A DNA stretch of 64,000 nucleotides, taken from contig DASTBI010000115.1 in the NCBI GenBank assembly GCA_035712145.1, positions 3,827 through 67,826 of the forward strand, in the 5' to 3' direction. The DNA comes from Candidatus Eiseniibacteriota bacterium (GTDB lineage Bacteria; Eisenbacteria; RBG-16-71-46). The stretch's first letter is position 1; every line of letters starts with the position of its first letter. Positions 18,754-26,182 of the stretch are shown in pieces. Both the position numbers and the translations under genes were made by a program. The notes beneath the pieces are model-generated. The model made no database searches. It was not told the DNA's origin and saw nothing but the letters and a program-made list of their open reading frames with translations.

Positions 18754-19248
18754 TCAGTCGAGACGCTGGAGCATCCGCGCCGCCGTCAACACCTGAGAGG
18801 CGTGTCCGCGGATCCGCACCTTCCCCCAGGCCGCCGTGATCAGGCCTTGCTTGTCGATCAGCAAGGTCGATCGCCGGAAGAGCTCGATCCCCCAATCGCC
18901 GACCTTGAACTTTCGCATGAGGTCCAGCGCGTTTCCGGCTTTGCGCTCCGGGTCCGACAGCAGCCGGTAGGGCAGCTCGAGCCGCTCCGACCACTTCGCA
19001 TGGCTCTCGAGCGAGTCGGTGCTCACCCCCGCCACCTCGACGCCGGAGGCGACGTAGTCCGGATAGGCCTCGCGAAACTCGCGAAGCTCCCGCAGTCAGC
19101 CCGGGGTGCCGTTCAAGAGGTAGAAGAACAGCACGAGCGGACCCTGACCCACGTATTGGCGGAAGTTGAACTCGGAGCCGTCGCTCGCGGGAAGCGTCAA
19201 ATCCGGGACCGGACGATCGATCAGATCCTGCAGGGGATGCCTGAACAC
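18754..19248 (-). CDS. bcp: Bcp/PrxQ-family peroxiredoxin with in-frame UGA at the peroxidatic-cysteine position (candidate selenoprotein, or pseudogene)
   Basis: The reading frame runs from GTG 19248 through UGA 19098..19096 into the track ORF 18754..19035. The translation MFRHPLQDLIDRPVPDLTLPASDGSEFNFRQYVGQGPLVLFFYLLNGTPG-U-LRELREFREAYPDYVASGVEVAGVSTD... aligns gap-free with E. coli Bcp (..VLVYFYPKAMTPGC45T...27 aa...STD). No canonical ATG start. Confidence 0.45.
19067..19087 (-). promoter_or_regulatory. SECIS-like stem-loop 8 nt downstream of the in-frame UGA
   Basis: mRNA GCUUCGCGA-GUU-UCGCGAGGC forms a 9-bp stem with apical loop GUU. The loop lies ~20 nt after UGA. This is compatible with bacterial SECIS geometry (apical loop with G, 16-37 nt from UGA). 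Confidence 0.3.
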
Positions 19249-19303
19249 TTCGCGATTATGGTGGGGTCAAGAGAGACACGGCAAATGTCACGAGCTGCGA
19301 GGC

Positions 19304-19332
19304 TTGACCCTCTCCGAGTCAGCCGATAGTCT
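19304..19332 (+). promoter_or_regulatory. candidate sigma70-type promoter TTGACC-N17-TAGTCT for the M50 protease gene
   Basis: -35 TTGACC, 17-nt spacer, -10 TAGTCT. The ATG is ~39 nt downstream. Confidence 0.3.
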
Positions 19333-19370
19333 GCCGCGAGCGAAGTTGAACCACGTCTGGAGCGGCTGAA

Positions 19371-20024
19371 ATGCACGTCGGTGTCGAATCCATCGCGTCT
19401 CTTTCGGTGTGTGTCATGAGCCTGGTGGCGCACGAGTGCGCTCATGGCGGCATGGCGCTGGCGCTTGGAGATCCGACCGCACGCGATCAGGGGAGTCTGA
19501 CCGCCAATCCGCGGCCACATCTCGATCTCTGGGGCTCGATCGTGGTGCCGCTCGCGCTCATCGCGACCGCTTCGCCGCTGCTCTTCGCCTGGGCGAAGTC
19601 AGCACCGGTGGATCATGCGAGGCTTCGCCATCCGCGCCGTGACACGCTCCGCGTCGCGGCCGCCGGGCCGCTCGCCAACCTGTTGCTCGCCATCGGATTC
19701 GCCGCGGTGGCTCGCCTGCTGCCGGAAGGAGGCTTGTGGGACTTCGCGCGGGCCATGATGGTGGCGGGGGTGGCCTGGAACTGCGCGCTGGCTCTCTTCA
19801 ATCTGATTCCGATCCCGCCGCTCGACGGCGCCTTCTGCCTCAAGCACTTTCTGAAGCTCCGCCACATCATCGCGCTCCATCACTTTCGTCGCTTCGCGCT
19901 CGCGCTGACGGTGGCGATCGCCGCGCTGCCGCCTTCGCGCTGGCTGTTCGAGGCCTCGCTTCACGGGGCGGTCGGGATGTGTTTTCGCCTCTTCGGCCTG
20001 ACTCCGGACGGAATGCGACATTGA
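19371..20024 (+). CDS. site-2-protease family (peptidase M50) intramembrane zinc metalloprotease
   Basis: HExxH inside a TM helix (LVAHECAHGGMA). Second conserved motif NLIPIPPLDG. Multi-pass membrane protein. Confidence 0.8.
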   Translation: MHVGVESIASLSVCVMSLVAHECAHGGMALALGDPTARDQGSLTANPRPHLDLWGSIVVPLALIATASPLLFAWAKSAPVDHARLRHPRRDTLRVAAAGPLANLLLAIGFAAVARLLPEGGLWDFARAMMVAGVAWNCALALFNLIPIPPLDGAFCLKHFLKLRHIIALHHFRRFALALTVAIAALPPSRWLFEASLHGAVGMCFRLFGLTPDGMRH

Positions 20025-20071
20025 GCGCTTCCGCGCCGCCGCGCCCGTTCCCGCGCCGCATCCTCTCGGGG

Positions 20072-21112
20072 ATGAGACCGACTGGCAGGCTCCATCTCGG
20101 CAACTATGTCGGGGCGCTCGAGAACTGGGTGCGCCTGCAGGACGAAGGCTGGACCAACTTCCACATGGTGGCGGACTGGCACATGCTCACCACCGGCTAC
20201 GAGGCCACGGCCCGTCTGCAGGCGGACATCGACGACATGGTGGTGGACTGGCTCGGCGCCGGTCTCGACCCCAAGCGCAGCGTGATCTTCATCCAGTCGG
20301 ACGTGAAGGAGCACGCCGAGCTCCATCTGCTGTTCTCGATGCTGGTGAGCAAGGCGCGCCTCGAGCGGATCCCGACTCTCAAGGAGCAGATCCGCGACCT
20401 GCATCTCGACGAGGCGACCATCTCCTACGGTCATCTCGGCTACTCGGTCCTCCAGGCCGCCGACATCCTGCTCTACCAGGCCACGCACGTGCCGGTGGGG
20501 GAGGACCAGGTGCCTCACGTCGAGCTGACGCGCGAGATCGCGCGACGCTTCAACCATGTCTATTGCCGTGATCGCTCGCCGGTGTTCCCCGAGCCCGATG
20601 CCATGCTCACGCCCTTCGCGCGGCTGCGGGGCGTGGATGGCGGGCGCATGAGCAAGTCGGTCGGCAACACCATCATGCTCGCCGACTCTCCCGACGCGAT
20701 CGCCGCCAAGGTGAAGCAGGCCTACACCGACCCCAAGAAGATCCGCGCCAACGATCCCGGAAGGCCAGAGCCCGACCTCAGCGAGCTCGACGCGGACGGG
20801 CGACCGGTTCATCCGGGATGCGTGGTGTTCGAATACCATCGCAAGTTCAATCCCACCGGGGCCGACGAGGTGGGCCGCCTGTGTCGCGCGGGAGAGCTGG
20901 CCTGCGTGCCCAACAAGAGGAACCTCTCGAAGATCCTGGCCGATGCGCTGGCGCCCATCCGCGAGCGGCGCGAGCGCTGGGCCCGGGATCCCGACGCGGT
21001 GCGCGACGTGATCGCCGACGGCAATCGCCGGGCCCGCGAAGTGGCCACGGCCACGCTCGAGGAGGTGCGCGCGGCCATGGGACTCAAGCGCGGGGCCGAG
21101 GTGCGATCGTGA
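20072..21112 (+). CDS. trpS: tryptophan--tRNA ligase
   Basis: Class I signature PTGRLHLGNYVGAL (HIGH-type). The KMSKS loop reads RMSKSVGN. The length fits TrpRS. The conserved beta-strand RILSG lies upstream of the first ATG, so the real start may be TTG 20021, which overlaps the protease stop. Confidence 0.85.
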   Translation: MRPTGRLHLGNYVGALENWVRLQDEGWTNFHMVADWHMLTTGYEATARLQADIDDMVVDWLGAGLDPKRSVIFIQSDVKEHAELHLLFSMLVSKARLERIPTLKEQIRDLHLDEATISYGHLGYSVLQAADILLYQATHVPVGEDQVPHVELTREIARRFNHVYCRDRSPVFPEPDAMLTPFARLRGVDGGRMSKSVGNTIMLADSPDAIAAKVKQAYTDPKKIRANDPGRPEPDLSELDADGRPVHPGCVVFEYHRKFNPTGADEVGRLCRAGELACVPNKRNLSKILADALAPIRERRERWARDPDAVRDVIADGNRRAREVATATLEEVRAAMGLKRGAEVRS

Positions 21113-22002
21113 GCGAGCGCGAGACGCCTGCCGCGGCGGAGACTCCGCAGACGCCGGAAGCGGCGCAGGAAACCGCGGCCGCAACCGCGCCGCCGATGGC
21201 GGCTCCGGGTCCTCCGGCGGGACTGCCGGTGCGCGTCCGCGGGAGCGCGCCGGTGGTGGTCAAGCTCGAGCGGTTCGAGGGGCCTCTCGATCTGCTGCTC
21301 CATCTCATCAAGCGGGACGAGATCGACATCTACGACATCCCGATCGCTCGCATCACCCAGCAGTACCTGGCTTACCTGGAGCTGATGCGGGCGCTCGACC
21401 TCGAAGTCGCCGGCGAGTTCCTGGTCATGGCCGCCACGCTGATGCGGATCAAGGCCAAGATGCTGCTTCCCGCGCCGCGCGCGGACGAGGAAGAGGACGA
21501 AGGCGATCCGCGCGAGGAGCTGGTGCAGCGGCTGCTCGAGTACCGGCAGTACAAGGAGGCCGCCTCGACGCTGCGATTGCGCGAGGACGAGCGGCGCCTG
21601 TTGTACGAGCGCGGGCTGCTGCCGTCCGAGGAAGACGCCGGTCCTCTGCCGCTGGCCCCGGCGTCGTTGTTCGACCTCATGGACGCCTTCCACCGCGTGA
21701 TCGCGCGAATACCCGAGCCGGCCGTCTACGAAGTGCGGACCGAGGTGTTCGACGTCGAGGAGAAGATGTCCGAGATCGCGCGAGCGGTCGCCGAGGACGG
21801 GACCGTGATGTTCTCGGCGCTGCTCCTGCGCTGCCGCGCCCGCGCGGAGATGGTCGTGACGTTCGTCGCCTTGCTCGAGCTCATCAAGCTCGGGCAGGTG
21901 ACGGTGATCCAGACCGAGGCGTTCGACGACATCACGATCGTGCACCGCGACCCTGAAGGGAGTCCGCCCCATGCCACCGTCGAATCTCAAAGCGGCGCTT
22001 GA
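21109..22002 (+). CDS. scpA: segregation and condensation protein A
   Basis: ScpA core LERFEGPLDLLLHLIKRDEIDIYDIPIARITQQYLAYLELM. A GTG start with GAGGTG SD overlaps the trpS stop (GTGA). An ATG at 21196 is an alternative start. Confidence 0.75.
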   Translation: MSERETPAAAETPQTPEAAQETAAATAPPMAAPGPPAGLPVRVRGSAPVVVKLERFEGPLDLLLHLIKRDEIDIYDIPIARITQQYLAYLELMRALDLEVAGEFLVMAATLMRIKAKMLLPAPRADEEEDEGDPREELVQRLLEYRQYKEAASTLRLREDERRLLYERGLLPSEEDAGPLPLAPASLFDLMDAFHRVIARIPEPAVYEVRTEVFDVEEKMSEIARAVAEDGTVMFSALLLRCRARAEMVVTFVALLELIKLGQVTVIQTEAFDDITIVHRDPEGSPPHATVESQSGA

Positions 22003-22687
22003 GGCGCTGCTGTTCTCGTCCGACGAGCCGCTGTCGCTCTCGCTGCTCGCCGAGTCGCTCGACGCCGCCTCCGAAGACGTCGCCCGCGAGCTCCTCGAGC
22101 TGGATGCCGACTATCGCGTTCGCGGTGCCGGCGTGGAGCTGCGCGAGATCGCGGGCGGCCATCTGCTGGTCACCGCCCCCGAGCATGCCGAGTGGGTGGG
22201 ACGGCTGCTGCGCGGCCGCAAGCGCGTGCGTCTGTCGCGGGCCGCGCTCGAGACCATGGCGATCGTGGCGTACAAGCAGCCGGTGACGAAGGCCGAGGTC
22301 GAGGCCATTCGCGGCGTGGACTCGAGCGCCGTGCTGGCCACGCTGCTCGAGCGCAATCTGATCACGATTCGCGGGCGATCGAAGGTGGTGGGCCGGCCGC
22401 TCCTCTACGGCAGCACCTCCGAGTTCCTCGACTACTTCGGTCTCAAGGATCTCACCGAGCTGCCGCGGCCCGAGGAGCTGCGAGCGCTCGTGGCGGCCCG
22501 CGAGCCGGAGCAGATGGACATGATCGAGCTGCAAGTGCCCGCCGATCTCGCCGAGACGCTGCCCGAAGGCGCGGCGACCGTTGACGCGAGCGACGAGGGT
22601 GAGATGGCGGAGGAAGCCGAGGAATTCGATGAGCCCTCGGCCGATGAGTCCGAAGAGTCCGAGCCGGCCGAGCAGGAAAAAGTCTGA
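21971..22687 (+). CDS. scpB: segregation and condensation protein B
   Basis: ScpB winged-helix repeats (ALEALLFSSDEPLSLSLLAE..., ETMAIVAYKQPVTKAEVEAIRGV). Acidic C-terminal tail. Overlaps the scpA end. Confidence 0.85.
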   Translation: MPPSNLKAALEALLFSSDEPLSLSLLAESLDAASEDVARELLELDADYRVRGAGVELREIAGGHLLVTAPEHAEWVGRLLRGRKRVRLSRAALETMAIVAYKQPVTKAEVEAIRGVDSSAVLATLLERNLITIRGRSKVVGRPLLYGSTSEFLDYFGLKDLTELPRPEELRALVAAREPEQMDMIELQVPADLAETLPEGAATVDASDEGEMAEEAEEFDEPSADESEESEPAEQEKV

Positions 22688-24099
22688 GCGGCATCCGTCT
22701 CAACAAGCTGCTCGCGGGACGCGGGATCGGATCGCGGCGTGCCTGCGACACGCTGATCGAATCGGGCGTGGTGCGGGTGAACGGCGCCGTCGTCCGCGAG
22801 CCGGGGCGTCGCGTCGAGCCCGAGCGCGACCGGGTGATGGTGCGCGGCCGTCCGCTCCCCGGCAGGAGCGCATTGCGCTACTTCCTGATCCACAAGCCGG
22901 TGGGGATGATCACGACGCTCCACGATCCGGAAGGCCGCGCCACCGTGCGCGACCTGCTCCCGCCTGGTCCGAGGCTCTTTCCGGTGGGCCGGCTGGATGC
23001 GGACACGAGCGGGCTCTTGCTCGTCACCAACGACGGCGAGCTGGCGCACAAGCTCATGCACCCGCGCTACGGAGTGGAGAAGCGCTACCGCGTCCTGGTG
23101 GACGAAGTCCCCGACTCGGCTCAGCTGAGGCGCATGCGCGAAGGCGTGACGCTCGAGCCCGGCGTGCGCACCGGACCGGCCGACGTGCGGCTGGCGCGCT
23201 CCCAGCGCGAGCGGCCCATGGTCGACATCCGGATCCACGAAGGGCGCTACCGCCAGGTGCGGCGCATGTGCGAAGCCGTGGGACTCGGCGTCAAGGCGCT
23301 GCATCGCTATGGGTACGGCCCGCTGCAAATCGGCACCCTGCCGCGCGGCGCGTTGCGCCCGCTGTCCGAAGGGGAGGTGCGGAAGCTGAAGGCGATGGCC
23401 GCGCGGCCGGGCGGCGTGGCACCGCGTCGTTTCCACGGCCCGGCGCCAAGCGGCGAGCGGAGCCGTCCGCCGGTGCCAAAGCGGCCCCGTCGCGAGCGCA
23501 CCTTCGAACAGCCCCGTCGCGAGCACCCTTCCGCCCGGCCACGTGGGGGGCGCACCTCCGATCGGCCGCGTGGCGAGCGGACCTTCGATCGGCCACGGGC
23601 GGGGCGCACCTCCGCCCGGCCACGTCGTGAGCCCACCTTCGATCAGCCGCGTCGCGGGCGCACCTCTGATCGGCCACGTGGCGAGCGGACCTTCGAGCGG
23701 CCCCGTCGCGAGCGCACCTTCGATCGGCCACGTGGCGAGCGGACCTTCGATCAGCCGCGTCGCGGGCGCACCTCCGATCGGGCACGTGGCGAGCGGACCT
23801 TCGAGCAGCCGCGTCGCGGGCGCACCTCCGATCGGGCACGTGGCGAGCGGACCTTCGAGCAGCCGCGTCGCGGGCGCACCTCCGATCGGCCGCGTGGCGA
23901 GCGGACCTTCGAGCGACCACGCCGGGGGCGCACCTCCGATCGCCCGGGTGGCGGACGGACCTTCGATCGGCCACGTGGCGAGCGGCAACCTCGAAGCAAG
24001 CGCGGTCGCCCGATGGGTCAAAGAGCGGGACGCCCTGGGTCCGGGGGCTCACCAAGGCGCCCGGGGGGGCCTCGAAGGCCTCGGGCAGGCCGCGGGTGA
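22684..24099 (+). CDS. rluB: 23S rRNA pseudouridine synthase RluB/RsuA family (S4 domain + catalytic domain) with long Arg-rich repetitive C-terminal tail
   Basis: S4 domain IRLNKLLAGRGIGSRRACDTLIESGVVRVNG. Catalytic motif FPVGRLDADTSGLLLVTNDG. The conserved S4 segment lies upstream of the first ATG/GTG (track ORF begins at GTG 22768). A CTG at 22684 with an AGGA SD gives the canonical N-terminal length, hence the extended call. Confidence 0.75.
   Translation: MSGIRLNKLLAGRGIGSRRACDTLIESGVVRVNGAVVREPGRRVEPERDRVMVRGRPLPGRSALRYFLIHKPVGMITTLHDPEGRATVRDLLPPGPRLFPVGRLDADTSGLLLVTNDGELAHKLMHPRYGVEKRYRVLVDEVPDSAQLRRMREGVTLEPGVRTGPADVRLARSQRERPMVDIRIHEGRYRQVRRMCEAVGLGVKALHRYGYGPLQIGTLPRGALRPLSEGEVRKLKAMAARPGGVAPRRFHGPAPSGERSRPPVPKRPRRERTFEQPRREHPSARPRGGRTSDRPRGERTFDRPRAGRTSARPRREPTFDQPRRGRTSDRPRGERTFERPRRERTFDRPRGERTFDQPRRGRTSDRARGERTFEQPRRGRTSDRARGERTFEQPRRGRTSDRPRGERTFERPRRGRTSDRPGGGRTFDRPRGERQPRSKRGRPMGQRAGRPGSGGSPRRPGGPRRPRAGRG
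23470..24000 (+). repeat. in-frame tandem coding repeat (27/54-nt units) encoding RPRGERTFD/QPRRGRTSD repeats in the RluB tail
   Basis: About 18 imperfect copies of a 9-aa Arg-rich unit. The nucleotide-level periodicity generates the long antisense shadow ORFs seen in the track. Confidence 0.7.
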
Positions 24100-24120
24100 T
24101 GGCCGCCTAAAATATTGTAA

Positions 24121-24149
24121 TTGAAATGCTTCGAGGCCGTTCCTAGACT
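24121..24149 (+). promoter_or_regulatory. candidate sigma70-type promoter TTGAAA-N17-TAGACT
   Basis: AT-rich island (taaaatattgtaaTTGAAAtgcttcgaggccgttccTAGACTtattt) immediately after the rluB stop. It is the best consensus match in the window. Confidence 0.35.
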
Positions 24150-24398
24150 TATTTGCGAAGTCGCGCCCGATGCCTTTGCCGCGGAACGATTCGTGCGGCA
24201 GGAAGCTTCAAGGAAGGGCGTCGCTCGACCGGCAGGGATGTCGGACTCACCGTCACGTCATTCGAGGTCCAGCCTCTCTTGCAGCAATCTCCCGACTCGG
24301 TCTCTCCCGCACCTTCGAATCACACCCAGCCCGCAGAAGCTCCCGAGACGTTTGACGGGACATGCGAAGCCAGTACCGGGGTAGAAGCACACGACCCG

Positions 24399-24869
24399 GT
24401 GGCCAGGACCCAAGCTCGGCGCCGTCCGAAGCTTCGGCTCCTGGTCCTCCTCGGGCTCGGAGCCTTCAGTCTTCTCGGTCAAGGCGAAGAGTGTCGCGTG
24501 GATTCCCGCTTCGTTTCTCCCAGCGCGACGCTCGCCACCTTCTGGGAAGCGCTGAGGGTGGGGGACGCGGACGGGGTATGGGAGTGCTTCGTCGAAGGAC
24601 GCCACGATCTGCCGGTGCCCGGACAGCTCTGGTTCCTTCCTCCGACGGACCGCATCACCCTCGCCGAGTTCCGATCCCTGCCCGTCACGGGAGGGCGCAT
24701 GCTCGTGAGCTACGAGGTGCGCTACGTCCCGCGCGGGCTCGATCAGGAGAGAAGCTTCCGGACGGGGGATGAGCTGGTGCGGCTGCGTGGACAGTGGCGC
24801 ATCGCACGCCCACTCGGGCAGGCCAGTATGCCCGAGTGGGAGCCGACCCCTCGGCCGTTTGACATCTGA
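24399..24869 (+). CDS. hypothetical secreted protein (start uncertain)
   Basis: A GTG at 24399 gives MARTQARRRPKLRLLVLLGLGAFSLLGQG, a signal peptide. The upstream 82 codons of track ORF 24153..24869 are low-complexity. That leaves a ~250-nt leader after the predicted promoter. Confidence 0.35.
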   Translation: MARTQARRRPKLRLLVLLGLGAFSLLGQGEECRVDSRFVSPSATLATFWEALRVGDADGVWECFVEGRHDLPVPGQLWFLPPTDRITLAEFRSLPVTGGRMLVSYEVRYVPRGLDQERSFRTGDELVRLRGQWRIARPLGQASMPEWEPTPRPFDI

Positions 24870-24928
24870 ATCGGCGCGGGCCTAGGCTCGCTGGCCCCAT
24901 TTCATCTGGCCGTTCGAGGCTCCCGCAC

Positions 24929-26047
24929 ATGCGACGACGCGCTCTCTGCGCGATCCTTTCGGCGCTTTCCATGGCAGCCATGGCAGCGTCGGCCCATGCG
25001 ACCAAGTACGCGGGCGAGTTCCTGAAGGTCCCGGTCGGAGCGCGCGCGATCGGCATGGGGAGCGCCTTCGTCGCGGTCGCCGACGACGCGACGGCGCCTT
25101 TCTGGAATCCCGCCGGGCTGATCTACCTGCCGTACCGGGAAGTGCTCCCGATGCACTCCGAGCAGTTCGGCAGCCTGATCAATCATGACTACCTGGGCGC
25201 GGTCTTTCCCCTGGGCGGCGAGAAGGGCAAGCAGCAAGCCCTCGGCGTGGGCCTGATTCGGCTCGCGGTGGACGACATTCCGGTCACGCCTCGCCCCGGA
25301 GGTCTGCGGCCCAATATCGACTTCTGGGACTACGGCACGGACAACGACCAGGGCACCATCGACCCCAACGGGACGCAGGGGAACGGCGTGTGGGATCCGG
25401 GCGAGCGGCTGCTCGACATCGAGCTCTACGAGGCGAGCAGCAGCGACCTCGCGCTGCTCCTCTCGTACGCCCGCCATCGCGGGCCTCACTGGGCGTTCGG
25501 AGGCACCTTCAAGTTCGTGCGTCAGAGCATCCCCGATACGCTTCCGGGCGACCACGTCACCTCGTTCGGGATGGGCATCGACGCGGGGGCGGTGTACATG
25601 CCGTCCGACGCGATCACGATCGGGATCCTGGCCCGCGACCTCACCACCACGTACTTGTCCTGGAGCAACGGCACTCGCGAGCTGGTGGTGCCGACCATCG
25701 ACATGGGCTCGGCCTTCCACTTCTTTCCGGCCGACCGCCATTCGCTGACGTGGGCCGTCGACCTGGCGTGGGGCTTCGAGAACCGGACGCTCGACAGCCA
25801 GATCGAGCTGGGACCGGTCACGGCGGATCTTCGCACCGGAGTCGAGTACTGGTATCGCAACACGCTCGCCCTGCGCTCGGGAGTGAGCGGCAAGGATCTC
25901 GCCTTCGGCGCGGGCGTGCGCTACAAGCACATCGGCGTCGACTACGCCGCCCAGCTCCACCGTTTCCTCGCGGGGAACACCGAAGGCTTCCCGAGCGATC
26001 AGGATCTCGATCCGACTCACCTCGTCTCGGCTTCGTTTTCCTGGTAA
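24929..26047 (+). CDS. PorV/PorQ-family outer-membrane beta-barrel protein (T9SS-associated)
   Basis: Signal peptide followed by the family-typical N-terminal motif KYAGEFLKVPVGARAIGMGSAFVAVADDATAPFWNPAGL. Size ~370 aa. C-terminal aromatic-rich beta-strands ending ...HLVSASFSW. Confidence 0.6.
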   Translation: MRRRALCAILSALSMAAMAASAHATKYAGEFLKVPVGARAIGMGSAFVAVADDATAPFWNPAGLIYLPYREVLPMHSEQFGSLINHDYLGAVFPLGGEKGKQQALGVGLIRLAVDDIPVTPRPGGLRPNIDFWDYGTDNDQGTIDPNGTQGNGVWDPGERLLDIELYEASSSDLALLLSYARHRGPHWAFGGTFKFVRQSIPDTLPGDHVTSFGMGIDAGAVYMPSDAITIGILARDLTTTYLSWSNGTRELVVPTIDMGSAFHFFPADRHSLTWAVDLAWGFENRTLDSQIELGPVTADLRTGVEYWYRNTLALRSGVSGKDLAFGAGVRYKHIGVDYAAQLHRFLAGNTEGFPSDQDLDPTHLVSASFSW

Positions 26048-26182
26048 CGGTTGTTCTGTTCTTGACTCGGACGCCTGGCTAGGCGTCTGATGGCCGAACC
26101 CAGGGAGCGCGGGGACCGGCCGCCCCTCCTCGAACCCCGTGCGCCTTCCTCGTTCCCCAGGGTGTTCTGACCACACTGTCTC

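Noticed and set aside
18754-19248. In-frame TGA in bcp interpreted simply as a nonsense-mutation pseudogene
   Set aside because: Not fully rejected. It is kept as the alternative hypothesis. The exact catalytic-Cys position and the perfectly placed downstream stem-loop favour Sec recoding. Machinery genes cannot be checked within this window.
23291-24055. Periodic repeats at 23470..24000, considered as a possible CRISPR array
   Set aside because: The repeats are imperfect 27/54-nt in-frame coding repeats of the RluB C-terminal tail. There are no unique spacers and no flanking cas genes.
24153-24869. Full-length 238-aa ORF from ATG 24153
   Set aside because: The first ~80 residues are Arg/Ser/Pro-rich and non-protein-like. 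The ATG lies within or at the predicted promoter -10 and TSS. A downstream GTG giving a signal peptide is more plausible.
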